From Protoeuglena noctilucae (taxonomy: Eukaryota), in assembly GCA_958009085.1 (NCBI GenBank), contig OY253676.1:558001-622000 (forward strand): 64,000 bases of DNA, read 5' to 3'. Shown here one piece after another: positions 1 through 13,319 of this stretch (position 1 is its first letter; the number at the start of each line of letters is the position of its first letter). The notes below the pieces were generated by a model. The model saw nothing but the letters and a program-made list of their open reading frames with translations, had not been told where the DNA came from and did not search any database. Both the position numbers and the translations under genes were made by a program.

Positions 1-2131
1 GGCGCGGGTGGCGGGGGTGTTGGAGGAGCGGATGAAGGCGGCCAAGGTCAAGCACGTCAGCCGCGTGCGCAGGCACGGGCAGGGGCAGGCGCCGTCGGGC
101 CTGGCGAGCGTGCGGGAGGGTCTGAGCCCCACGCCTCCCGGATGGGCGTCGCCCGCGCCGCCACGGGGCAACGCGTTGTTCAGCGCCGTGCGGGGCCCCA
201 CTGCCACGGCGGACACGGAGCCCATCCTGAGGGATCCCGAGGGGCCACGCCCGGTCATTGGCCGGCAGAAGAGCCTGTCACTCATGGACGACAGAGGTGA
301 GGGCCGATGGGCACGCGCTTGCGCGGAGAGGATGACAGGCTGTTGCTGCCCCAACCTCGAGACCCATGGGTTCCCATGGTGTGTGACCTGGCCCAACTGT
401 GTCAACTTCGCTCCTCGCGCAGACATGTCGTCGCTGGAGCCAGACAGGGCCGACATCCCGCTCGTCTACACGTCCCCGTACCAAGTCCCCTTCCCCGCCA
501 GGAACAAACACCAAACGGAGACCCACCCGGCCCTCCCGCCCCTCCTCCACGACCACCGCTCCTCGCGCGCCCTCCACCCGGGCAACTTCGCCGGCGGCCC
601 AAGCGCGCGCTTCGACTTGGCCGCGTCCCAACTGCGCCAGTCCGCCGACGAGTCGCCGCTCCCGTTCATCCGAGGAGCGACGTCCTCCACGCTCGCCCCC
701 TCGTCGGGCGCCAAGGCGGCATCGCCCGCGGCCAGCCACACGCTCCCAGCGGCACCCTCGCCCCGCGTCATGAAGAGCCATGCAGGGACCCCGGGGACGC
801 CCACCTCACCAGCACCGAACGGCGCGTCGCCGGGAATGGCATGGTCCGGGGGTCCCCACAGCCCCAGTCCCGTTCTGGGCCAGGACCTCTCCTTCGCGCC
901 GCTGTTCGCGCGGCGCCCCAACGGCCCCGCGAGCCACGACTCGCCCGCGCGGCTCGGGCAGCTGTCGCCGGGGGGGCTTCTGATGATGGGCGCGGGAGGC
1001 GGGGGTGCCAACGCCAGCGCCCTGGGACTGCAGGGCATCCGCGGCGATGCCGTGTCCGCACATGACGGGTCCCCGCTTCCGCAGTTCCCGAGCATCCCGG
1101 ACCGCGACGCCCGCCCCGTCCGCGCCGCGGCCTCGCAAAGCACGATCCGGCTGGCGCCCCGGGCACTGCCGGCCAAGGCAGCCTCGGCGGTGGGGCCTCG
1201 CGGGTCGGCGGCTCTGGGCCCCGGCAGGGCGCTTCACGCATCGTCGGACGCCCCTCGTGGCGCGTGGGGTACCGTGGCTGGCCGGGGGGTTCACGGGGGC
1301 CCAGGGGAGGCTCGCGGGGTCCCGGTCAAGGCGGCGACGGCGGCGTTGGGGAGCCGCGTGCTGGCCATGGAGCCTTCCGATGCCGGGAGGGCGCCGTGGG
1401 GGGCGAGGAGCGAGGCGGCGCTGGGGCGAAGCAGCGCGGGGATCGGGGACGGCGACGTGGCACGTGCGGAGGGCGGCGCTGGCGAGGGTGGGCTTCATGA
1501 TGCGATCGCGGAGGGCGCGGCGGAGGCGGGGCGGCTGGCCCGGCAGCGGTCTCTGAGCGAGTCGGGGGGAGCGACGGCGAGCGACATGGCGACGCTGGCA
1601 GAGGTGGTGGCGGAACAGGCGAAGATCGCATCTCCCGAGTCCTTGACGGGAGCAGAAGCGCCGCAGGGCGATGGGGAGGGCGCTGATTCGCGAAGGGACG
1701 TCCTGGCGAGGATGGCGGCGCAGTTGGAGGTTGGGACGCTCGCTTCTGTGCAGGTGAGGGGCGAGATGGGGGCGGAGAGGTGACATGCGAGGTGCGGCCG
1801 GAGAGGTGACAGCGAGGGTGGTAAGTCACAGTCACAGTCAGGCTGGGAGGCATCTGCATGATGGGCGTGACTCGCTCCTTTGCAGGGCAACGCGTCGTAC
1901 CGCAACCTGGGAGCGGGGCAGTCGTGGAAGTCCAACTCCTCCGGCCACAGCTTCCGAAGCCGGGAGTCAAGCAGCCGCTCGCTGGCGCTTCACCAGAGCA
2001 GCCGCCGTATGCAGCTGGAGAACCTAGAGAGACGCCTGGGCCTGGGGCCCGTGCCGAGCTCGGCCGGGCTCGGGAGGAGCGTGGGAGAGGGCAGCAGCCA
2101 GGATGCCCTGCCTGCGATGATTCCAGAGTAG
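1..2131 (+). CDS. 3' part of an unknown, largely low-complexity protein (5' end probably outside the window)
   Basis: ORF 8..1783 joins ORF 1880..2131 in frame through a phase-0 intron at 1754-1885 (CAG|GTGAGG...TTTGCAG|GGC); stop TAG ends at 2131. No family motif recognised. Confidence 0.55.
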
Positions 2132-2677
2132 ACGCATGCTTGTGGGGTTTCGAGGTTTGAGGGTTGGTTGTTTGTTGGCAGAAGGTCGAGTGCATGGGCG
2201 CCGTGCTTGTTGGGGTGACGGTACTATCCGCGGGCTCGTGTCAGCGCTATGTTCGGTTGACGATCGATCGGTGGATCGATGGATGGACCGGCGGCGCGTT
2301 TTGCAAGGCATTCGCTTGAACGCGGCGTGCATGGGCACGGGAGTGCACCAAGAGGGGCTGAAAACGACGGACGCGCAAAGGCAAACGCTGCGATGCAGCG
2401 CCATCGACGCTTTGCAGAGCGGGCTGCGGCCCAGTGCACGGGCGCGTGCCCAAGCTCTTCTAGACACATATTTGATCTTGTATCTGTACAAGATCCAAAG
2501 GGGTGCGACTAGGGACCGACAGCGAGGACGGGCTTCCTTGAGCCATCGCCAGGCAGCCCCAAGGAAGGAGCCACCGTAGCCCTGCGTGCCCCACTGACTG
2601 TGCCGGGGGCCACGCAGAGTCTATGGAGCGGTGGGGTCCTTCATCCTACACAAACTTACACAAGGTCTACCATCCCG

Positions 2678-5464
2678 TCAGAGCCTCTGCAAAAGAATGC
2701 ACAGTGCCCAACCGGAGAGGGTGCCGCAGCAGAGGCCGCCCGCAGAGCAGAGCATGATGAACGCGGCAGCCGCCTCCTGCATGCACAGACCGTGGGGCCT
2801 GGGGTGAGGTCACAACCAGCACTGCGACGACATGCGACAAGCATGCAGGCGTCTGCAGCGACAGGCGATGCCGTTGCGTGACTTTACAAATGTTGTGCTT
2901 CGAGTGCTCGCCTGATTGACCGGGATGGCGCGGGCGCGGGACCGGAGGATGCTGAGGAGGGACAGGCACCCGTGGGAGGCACCCAAGGCGACGACCAGCA
3001 GCGTCGCTATCAGGTCCGACCTCCCTAAGGCGCGGGGCATGATCCACCCTTCAGGCGGCTGCACGTTCACGAGGAGCAGCAGGGCTGCCAGGGGGACCCT
3101 GCGAGGAGCGATGGGAGCCGGGGTGCGGGGGTGCATGAAGCGCTGTGCATGGAGCAGGGAGGTGTCCAAGACGAAAGCGCGTGGCTCACCGCAGGAGCGA
3201 GAACCCGACGAGGTGTGGCACGGCCACGCGTCTCACGACGCGGTCGGTGGCCCAAGGCGTGAGGTGGGCGAGGGCGTCCCCCAGGTGGAACGCCAGAAAC
3301 AGGAGCGGGGAGAAGGCCTCGGGGGACACCCACGGGGCCCAAGAGGCCGGCTCGATGTCTCCCACGACCCCAGGGAAGACGGCGCCCGTGACGGCCGATC
3401 CCAGGAACGCCGCCAACCCCTCGTCCCACAAAACGTGCCGCACGCCCGAAATGCTCCCGTGCTGCCACGGCTGCACCAGAATCTGCAGGATCTCCGCACG
3501 GGCCGCGTCCAGGTCCTCCTCCGCCCACCCCCGTGCCACCGCCGTGCCGTGCCGCTGTTCCCACGCACACCCCGTGGCGCCCCCGCTCGACGGGCCCTCC
3601 GACAGCGACAGTGGAACGCCCGCGGCGGCCGCCCAGGGAGACGACGGCGCCGCGGGACCTCGGGAGAACGCCTCCGTGACCCCGTTGCCACGGCCCAAGA
3701 GCGCGGGTAAGGTCTCCGCTTGTCTGGCAGCGTCCGCCGCCAGTCTCGCAGCGTCGCCAGCGGCCGCGGAGTTTCCCGAGGATTCCGGGGCGCACTGCGG
3801 CGCCCCTCCCGGCGCCTCGGCCACGGTCGGCAGCCGCGAGCGCTCTCCCTCCGCGTCCTGCCCTGGCGGCGCGCCGTTCACGCCCCGCACCAGCGCGTGC
3901 AGGCGCCTCGCCGCGTACATGTCGGCCGGGCTGGGAACCTTAAACGACACGACTGAGGGGTGCGAGGGCGACCGCTCCGTGGCGCTGGAGCGCTCCGACG
4001 CGCCCTCTGGGTCCGACCCCGGGCGGCACCGTCCAGCGATGCGGGGCCGCATCGGCGGCTTGCGCGCGTCGCCCTCGGCCCACGGGAGCTCCAGCCCTGA
4101 GTACGCGCGGCCGTGGCGGGGGTGCCCCGCCCCCGCCCCCTGCCCGGCGCTGCGTGGCCCCTGCAGGGAGGACGCCAGCACGTGCTCCGAGTCCCCGCCC
4201 ACCACCAGGCGGCCCGCGCCGCCCGGCCGCCGCAGCAGGGGCGACAGGAGGTCGTCCACCGAGACGCGGCTGATGGGGCGCCTCTGGGCGCGCAGGCGCA
4301 GGGCCTCCAGGGCGGGCGCAGGCGGGCTGCTGGGCGTGCCCGCGAGGCCCATCGTGGCGTTGATGGTCTGGTCGACGAGGAGGTCCACGGCCTCGACGAC
4401 GGAGGACCCTGCGCTGAGGGACTGGGCCATGGGGGGGGGCGAGCCGAGCGCGGAGGCGGCGTGGCCCGCTGAGAAAGCTCCGAGGGCGCGGGCGCGCGCG
4501 GCGGGCGTCAGGGCGTGCGAGTCCCCGCCCAAAGATGGCAGGCGCAGCCGCGGGGGCGACGGCGAGCGGGACCGAGCGAACACGGCACCCCCCGTGGTTC
4601 GCAGCCCGAGGATGCGGGACACGGCGAAGGCGGCGAGGGCGGCGAGCGTCCCGAGGGCCAGGCATCCGCCAAAGTACCAGGCCCCGGCGGCGGGGGGCAG
4701 GGGCAGGGCCTGGCGCGTGTTGGTGGCGAGGCAGAGGGCGGACACCGCGACCCCCGCCAGGCCCTGGCCGATGGCGGCCGGGCGCGTGGCGGAGTGGCCC
4801 CACAGGGCCGACAGGCGAAGGAGCGCGAGGGCCAGGAGGGCGGAGGCGGCGGAGGCGGCGACGGTGGCGGCCAGGGTGGCTACGGCGACGGAGCCCTGGG
4901 GAAGCGAGGGCATCAGGGGTCCCAAGAGCAGGGAGAGGAACAGGACGACCGCGAAGACCTGCGGCGGGCGGAGGCGGGGACGAATGAGCCACTTCGCAAG
5001 AGCCCCAGGCTCTTGTGAGGGAGTGCAGGTGCGGGGCAAGTTGACGTGTGGCGCCGACTTGCCTGTGGGGGCCCCACGATTGCGAGGGAGAGGGGGATGC
5101 GCGGGCGGAGAGAGAGCAAGAGGCACAGGGACACGAAGAAGCCTGCCGAGATGGCGAAGCCGAGGGCTGCCTGGGGAGCACGCACGAGCCAGTCGAGCAC
5201 GTGCCCCTCGTCCCATCGGGACCGGAACCAGTCGCCATTGGTCGTGTAGGCGCTCCAAGTCAAGGCAGAGCCCGCGCCCACGAGCCACAGCCACGCGCGC
5301 AGGGCCCAGCGGCGCGCGCGGGACGCGGAGTGGAGGGTCAGGAGGTCGGCGGGGGCGGGCCCGGCTTCAGGCCCGGTGGAACAACCGCGGTCACGCGGGG
5401 CGGGGTCGCCCAGGAGAGGCTCTGTAAGGTCTTTGCTCGTGTTGGCGGTGGCGAGGGCGGGCAT
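2678..5464 (-). CDS. Equilibrative nucleoside transporter (ENT/SLC29 family), 4 exons
   Basis: Multi-TM protein with ENT-like motifs: LTWSAYTTNGDWF in TM1, IGQGLAG, VFPG, AFHLGD, SHG, and a final helix QEAAAAFIMLCSAGGLCCG. Introns at 4959-5062 (GC-AG), about 3099-3189 (GT-AG) and 2777-2911 (GC-AG); stop TGA at 2680-2678. Confidence 0.85.
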
Positions 5465-6329
5465 ACTTCGCACGGGCGACAGGTGGACGCCTGAGGAGAC
5501 GACGGGCCGCAAGTCCAGCACTCCAGACGACAGGGAAGGGGCACCTTGCCCTGATACTGCACACGGACATGGCCAAGGTGGAGGTTGCAATCAACGGTGG
5601 CAGGCATGGACTGTGCTGGTGCGCTTGCGGGACTAATGCACTGTCAGGAGATCTTGGCGGCGTGGAAGCCTCGCAGAACGCCGGCAGATGTCAGAGAATA
5701 CGTTGCTCTCACCCGTCTGAATCGTATCAAGCGACCGTGACCAAGGAGCACGCTCCCGAGCCCTGTCGTGGCGGGCGGTGGAAGAGTCACGCCGGGCGAG
5801 GTCCGGCGCCGAGTCCCGCGACCGCCATTCGTGGCCCGAGCTGTGGCTGTCATCGCTTCGAGTCCCACTGGTCGGCGAGATGACGATTGTTCGCGGCAAG
5901 GCCTCGGAGAGCAGGAGCGCCTGCGTCGCCCTGCGGCGATGTAACGGCGCACGGAAGCGTCGGTCGCCGGAACCTCCACCCGCACCATCTCATACATGAC
6001 ACAAACATCAGCAAATGATGCCGCGTCCCGCTTTCAACCGCTCGAGGTTGACAGAAGGTGCGCTCCCAAAGCGCTGCACTCGGCTTGCCTTTGTGGCACT
6101 CGGCGGGGTCGTTCCATGTGGTCTGCGACCATTTGAGGCTCGCAGGCTCAGAATGTGCGGCTTCGCGGACGCATAGCTGCGGGCCAATCTAGCGCCCCGG
6201 CTGTGCAGCAGCGCGACAGTGCTATGCTGCAGGCTGCAGGCCCTGCCGGCACTGCCGAATGCGGTTCTGACGAGGACACCCGCACGTCACGCGCAGGTCA
6301 CGGTGGTCGCCCGCGGCCGGGTGGGGTGA

Positions 6330-7823
<1,494 letters not shown>

Positions 7824-7972
7824 TGGGTTGCAAGGGTCAGTCCACGAGGGCTTCTTGAAGTCGCTGCATGTGTTGCTTCTCAGGGTGCCCAGGCACCGCG
7901 GACCAGAGGCTTGCTTGAACTGTTGTTCCGTGTGCCCTACACCATGTGGCTAAGTCAACAGTGCCATGCACG

Positions 7973-9154
7973 CTAGCATGGCAACATTACCGACTGAGCA
8001 GGAGCAGATGCCTCAGGGGCCTTGGTCAGCTCCACCGGCCCCGTCTCCTCCTCGAACAGCGCGTCGTACCACTTGTCCAGCACCCCTGGGCTCCCGTACC
8101 ACGGCCGCTGCTCGCTGGCCCCAATCGGAGAGTGGTACACGCCTTCCAGCACCAGCTGCCTCGACCCAGGCAGCAACGCCGACTCGACCGGCACAATGCC
8201 TGCAAGGGGACATCATCGGGTGCATCAATGCTGGGAGGCATTCACACCAGGCGTCGCTTGCGGGCACATCGGCACCCTCTCACCGTCACCCCAAACGTCC
8301 GCCGACCCGCACACTTGCTTGTAGCCCAGCCCCGCCACCTTCTGCGCCACCGTGCCCTCTCCGTCCAACCTGACCCCGCGCACGTGCTTCCCCGCGACAG
8401 ACGTGTATCGCAAGAGGCCCTCGTGATGGCACCCTGGGAACTCTCGCTCGCAGTAGGTGAGGATGCCGCGCGTCTGGTCGATCACGCCGGGCGGAGGGGG
8501 CAGGTGGGGGGTGCCCAGCGTCACGAGGGACGTCACGCCAGCGCAGCCGAAGTCTCGCAGGTACAGCCTGCCCAGCCAGCCGCCCGCGGAGTGGGCCACC
8601 AGCGCGACCTTCCCCCCCCGGGCCGCGCGCTTGGCACGGTCCATGGCTGCATCCACCCGCCACAGATACCAGTCCACGGTCGGCCGGGGAGACAGCGTGC
8701 CCAGCCAATACTGCACATATCATGGGCGTGGTCGGTACATCTGATGTCGGGATGCTCACAGCAGTACGCGGCTGGGGTAGCCTCGGCTGAGAGCAGCAGT
8801 CACCTCGGGGAAGCGCAGGCCGTATGCGTTGCGCGCCCAGTCTAACCGTGACACGTCGGCGACCTCCACGCTGCAGCCCCGCGACTCCAGCTGTGAGAGC
8901 GTAGCGATGCAGGGCGTCGCAGGGCATGCATTGGCAATGACGCGTCCCCCCGCATCCCTTTGACTCACCTCCTTGGCCATCTGAACATAGTCTGCGGTGC
9001 TATTGCCGAGGCCGGGCAAGACGACCGCAGCAGATGGAGTGGCACGAGCGGCGACCCTCGCGCGGCCAGCCCGCTTGTGGGGCCACGTCCGCGGCGGAGA
9101 GTTGCGGGGCCCAGCATGCTCGGCCGTCGCGGCCGGCCGCTGTGCGGCGTGCAT
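7973..9154 (-). CDS. Alpha/beta hydrolase (PGAP1/lipase-like), probably plastid-targeted, 4 exons
   Basis: Motifs VVLPGLGN, nucleophile elbow VAHSAGG, LVTLGTPH, WGDGIVP and GVYHSP; Arg/Ala-rich N-terminus resembling a transit peptide; three GT-AG introns with consistent phases. Confidence 0.85.
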
Positions 9155-9510
9155 CGGCAAACTCGCTGGCGGATTTGTGGCCAGCGCAGGTTCACGCGGA
9201 AACGAGCCTCCTCGCCGCTTCACCGTGCCTAGATGACCACAACCAACGAAGTTAGGGAACGGAGGCGTGCGTCCCGCTTCTCTCGCCTTTCGGCCGCGCG
9301 CCCCCAGCACTCTGACGCGTCCGCCAGTTCTGTGTGCGCACGCCCACGCACTCCATGTCCTCGGGCCTCGATGATTTGTGCAGACAGAAGATGAGTTGGG
9401 GTTCGCATATTTCGGGTCAGGCGACGGCGTCCCTCTCCATAGCTTTGTAGATCACCGCACACGTTTGCCCCATTCGTGCACTGGGTGGGGTCGGGGGGGC
9501 GTGTCGTCTC

Positions 9511-11424
9511 ATGAAGCTGCGTATCGGCGCGCTCGCGCTGGCGCCCGCGCACCTTCCGTCGTGCCAGGGTCCCCAGCGGGCTAGCGGCCGACTGCAGATA
9601 CTTGGCCGGCGCTTGGGGAGCGCAGCCCTCGCTCAGCCAGCGGGCTGCCGGAGCCGGGTGGTGCGGAGGGCAAATACGTCCAGTGAAAAGGAGGTGAGCG
9701 TCGTGGATCCCTCGTCTCGTCGCTCCGCAGCCCATGCAGGCCCGATCATTGCTCGGGCGCGCTCTGCCGCGTCAGAGCGGCGCCTCGACCTCCCTGGCGC
9801 AGACGACGCAACTAGAGCCCATGGCTGCCCCGGCGCGGGACCTGGAGAAGGGGGACGTCAAGGCGGAGACGCTGCGGGGGGACTTGCGGCAGCTAGGTGA
9901 GGCTGGGGCAGGATTGATGTTTAACTGTGGCCGCGCGCCCTCGCCGCGTCTCGCTCGTGTTCCGCCTGGTAGGACGTCTCGTTGCCATGCACTTCCACGA
10001 TGCCCCTCCTCCCGCCTCGCGCAGCGCTGTGGGTGACGGGGGCGGTCTTGTTTGGCGGGGGCGTGTGGTACACGATGGGGGGCGCTAAGGGGCAGGAGTA
10101 CTTTGCGGGTTATCTCCTGGAGCAGAGTTTGTCGATCGACAACCTGTTCGTCTTCGTGCTGGTCTTCAACTACTTCAAGACGCCTCCAGATGCCCAGAAG
10201 AAGGTGCTGTCATGGGGCATCTACTCAGCGGCAGGTGAGGAATCCCGGGAGCGGAGCCTGCCGCTTTCATGCTCCTGTTACACTCATGCGTGGCTGGCGG
10301 TCGGGCCATCCGGGACATCGCGCTTTCCGGCTTGGAGATCAACTCGCATTACATTTCGTGTTGCTGCGGCGCTGATCCTCTCCCCCGGCTCCCCGCAGCG
10401 TTACGGCTGGTAATGATCTTGGCAGGGACGACGCTGATTGAGAAATTCCGTCCGCTGCTGCTCGTGTTCGCGGGCATTCTGGTCTACAGCGCGTATGGGT
10501 GAGGTCGCACAAATTGCGCCTAGAGCGGCCTCGGGCACGAGAGCCAAGAGGTGGCGATGTGACAGCTGGATATCGATGCTGCTGCTGCAGGCTGCTGACG
10601 GGTAGCCAGGACGAGGACGATGACCTGAGTGACAACACGGTGGTGAAGTACTGCAGGGTGAGCATGCACCTGCACGTTCGCCCGCATGTCGATCGCTCGC
10701 ATGTCGCAGGCTGCCATGTGCGTCGCTGGTTATGGTGGGTCGACCCCATAGGGTGCGCCCGAGACACCGTTGCCATCCTGCCGGCTTGCAGAAGCTGATC
10801 CCCTGCACTGACACGTACGACGGAGACCGCTTCATCACTCAAGTGAACGGTGTGCGTCGGTTCACGCCGCTGCTGCTGGTGCTGGCCGTCATCGAGATCT
10901 CAGGTGACACGGGGGATGGAGCGCTGCCCCTGCGGGTACCTGCGTGCCTTGTCAATGCACAGAGCCTCGACCCTTGGGCTTGCCATTCATTGGGCGACAT
11001 GCGTATACTCGCAGACGTGATTTTCGCGGTGGACTCGATCCCGGCCGTGTTTGGGGTGACTCTCGACCCGTTCATCATCTACACGAGCAACATCTTCGCC
11101 ATCCTCTCCTTGCGTTCCCTCTACACGTTCGTCGCCGACGTGATGGACGGCTTGCACCTCCTGGACAAGGTGCGGGCGCGTGCTGTTGCCCACGCAAGGG
11201 AAGGTCCCGTCCCCATCGCTCACGCCGCCTCTTCCGTGCGCTTTCCGCAGAGCATCGCGTTGGTCCTGGGTTTCATCGGGGTCAAGCTCGTGCTGGAGTT
11301 TTTGGGCTACGATATCCCCACGAGCGTGTCGCTGGGCGTCGTCGCGTCGCTCTTGGGGGGCGGGGTCGCGCTCTCCTACGTCATTCCCACCGGCGACGCC
11401 AAGCAGAGCTCGGACTCGAAGTAG
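9511..11424 (+). CDS. TERC: Thylakoid membrane protein TerC, 8 exons
   Basis: Motifs [53 protein letters not shown] and YTSNIFAILSLRSLY; transit-peptide-like N-terminus; 7 GT-AG introns. Confidence 0.93.
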
Positions 11425-11711
11425 GCGTGTTAGCGCGGTGCTCGCAGCCGCTTCTTCTGTCGACTGGCAGCTCGTGCAAGAAGTGCCCGTTCGTCTTCCT
11501 TCGCCGCGCCGCCAAGTCACGGACTGTTCCGCGCCCCTCCCTGGCCTGGACTTTACAATTTGTCCCTAAAAAATCCGCCGAGCCTGCTTCGTGGGTTTTA
11601 AGCGTGCGCACCGTCCGCAACAAGGCCTTCTTTGCTCGCGGCAAGAAGCATCAGCGACGGCCGGATCGCGCCACGAGGTACATCCCCACTTGCGCGGCTG
11701 AGCACGGAGTC

Positions 11712-13203
11712 ATGTTTCCCAACGTCATGGACGGGGGAGGCGGGATGGGCGGGTTGGGAGGGTTGGCCATGGTGCGTTCCTGAGCCCCGCGCTGTGCTGG
11801 CCCCGCGCGGCCACGGGCAAACAAATGCTTCGCTCTTCCCTCAGGGTGCTGACTTTGAGGCGTTCCTCCGTCAACCGGAGAACCAGAAGGTCGTCGAGCA
11901 GCACTACCGCAGCGAGATGAAGAAGGCGCTGCGGATGGAGGAGCGGGCGCGCACGGTGCAGCTGCGCGAGGCGGTCTTCGGCTGCAGCATGGAAGCGCAG
12001 CAGCAACTGGCGCCCTTCCTCGGCTGCCGGGTCCTCTGCCGCGTCCTGTGCACCTTCCTCAACGACGAGAACGGCGACTTTGAGAAATGGGCCACGAACC
12101 CCGCCGTCATCCAGGTGCGTGCTTTGTGCTCGGCCGGCTCCTTATCACTACGACATAGACATGACGACGGCATGGAAACCTGCCCGTGCGTTCACGCGGC
12201 GGGCGAGCTCGCACGTACTGCAACGTGCTGTGAGCCCGCAGATGCTGCGACAGGCCAAGCAGATGATGGACCGGGGTCTCGCCACGGAGGACGAGATCGA
12301 GAACCGGATGCTGCGTTTCCTCGAGCGCCCCGACGCCGATGGCTACGAGGACTTCCGCGAGGCTCGCGAGCGCAAGATGCGCCTCCCTGCCGAGCCGCTC
12401 GCCCAGGCCATGAACGAGCACCTGCAGGAGTGGCTCGCCGGCAACCAGGCGTACGAGAAGGGCGACTGGAAGGAAGCCTTGGCCAAGTACACCCGTGCCC
12501 TCGCCATTGTGGACCTCGTGCAGGGAGAGGTGACTGATGGCTATGCATGATGGCATGGCAAGGGCATGCGTCTCAAGTTAGTTATCCTGTGCATCGTTGC
12601 GCAAGTTTTGTCTCCACGTGTTTCCATGGAACATTGTCAAGCCTGTACAGCTCGACGAAAAGCGTGACGTTCAGTGCAATGCCAGGACTGGTACCACGCA
12701 AGCGGCCCCGTGCTTCTTCTGGACTTGCAGAACCCGACGGACCAGGCCGTGGTGATGGACAGCAAGGCCACCATCCTCCTCAACATGGCTGCCGTCTATA
12801 TGGCTCAAGGACGCTTCCGGGACGCGTCTGCGTCTTGCACTTCTGCACTCGAGGCCAGGGAGGGATGCCCCAAAGCATTACTGAGGCGTGCCAGGTGACG
12901 GGAAACAGCATGTACGGGTCACCGATTCGTGCTTCTCGCGGCCTGCCACCAAGGCAGGGGTCCTGAAGACCCTGGGTCTTGCTGTTACCAGCTCAGCCTC
13001 TGCTTGTCAACTCGCTCGCTTCCAGGTGTTTTGTGTCTCTGGGAGAGTGGGACAGGGCCGAGACGGACTTGCGGACGCTATTAGAAATGCAGCCCGACGA
13101 CGGTGCTGTTGCTGCCGAGTTCCGGCGCATGGAGAGCCTCAGGAAGCAGCACAGGAAGGCTAGCGACGACATGTTCCGCGAAATTTTCAAGAAAGGAGGC
13201 TGA
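11712..13203 (+). CDS. TPR-repeat protein (co-chaperone-like TPR at the C-terminus), 5 exons
   Basis: TPR helices GNQAYEKGDWKEALAKYTRAL, LLNMAAVYMAQGRF and KALLRRARCFVSLGEWDRAETDL; GT-AG introns in phase. Confidence 0.8.
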
Positions 13204-13319
13204 TGATAGGCTGCAGTGGCAAATGGAACTAGTGGAACGCTAGTAGATTGCGTGTCACATGCCTTTGAAAGAGTGTCCGCTTGTGTATTTCTCTGTGTTC
13301 CTGCGTTGCTTGGACTCGG

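Noticed and set aside
2656..2660. TGTAA (Chlamydomonas-type polyadenylation signal) just downstream of the ENT stop
   Set aside because: Not found consistently behind other genes I checked (PSMA5, TerC), so it is not supportable as a general signal.
3145..5427. 760-aa plus-strand ORF and similar long ORFs (35798-37090 minus, 48333-49859 plus, 49060-50415 plus)
   Set aside because: Antisense shadows of real GC-rich genes; Arg/Pro/Ala-rich with no motifs, as expected when stops are rare.
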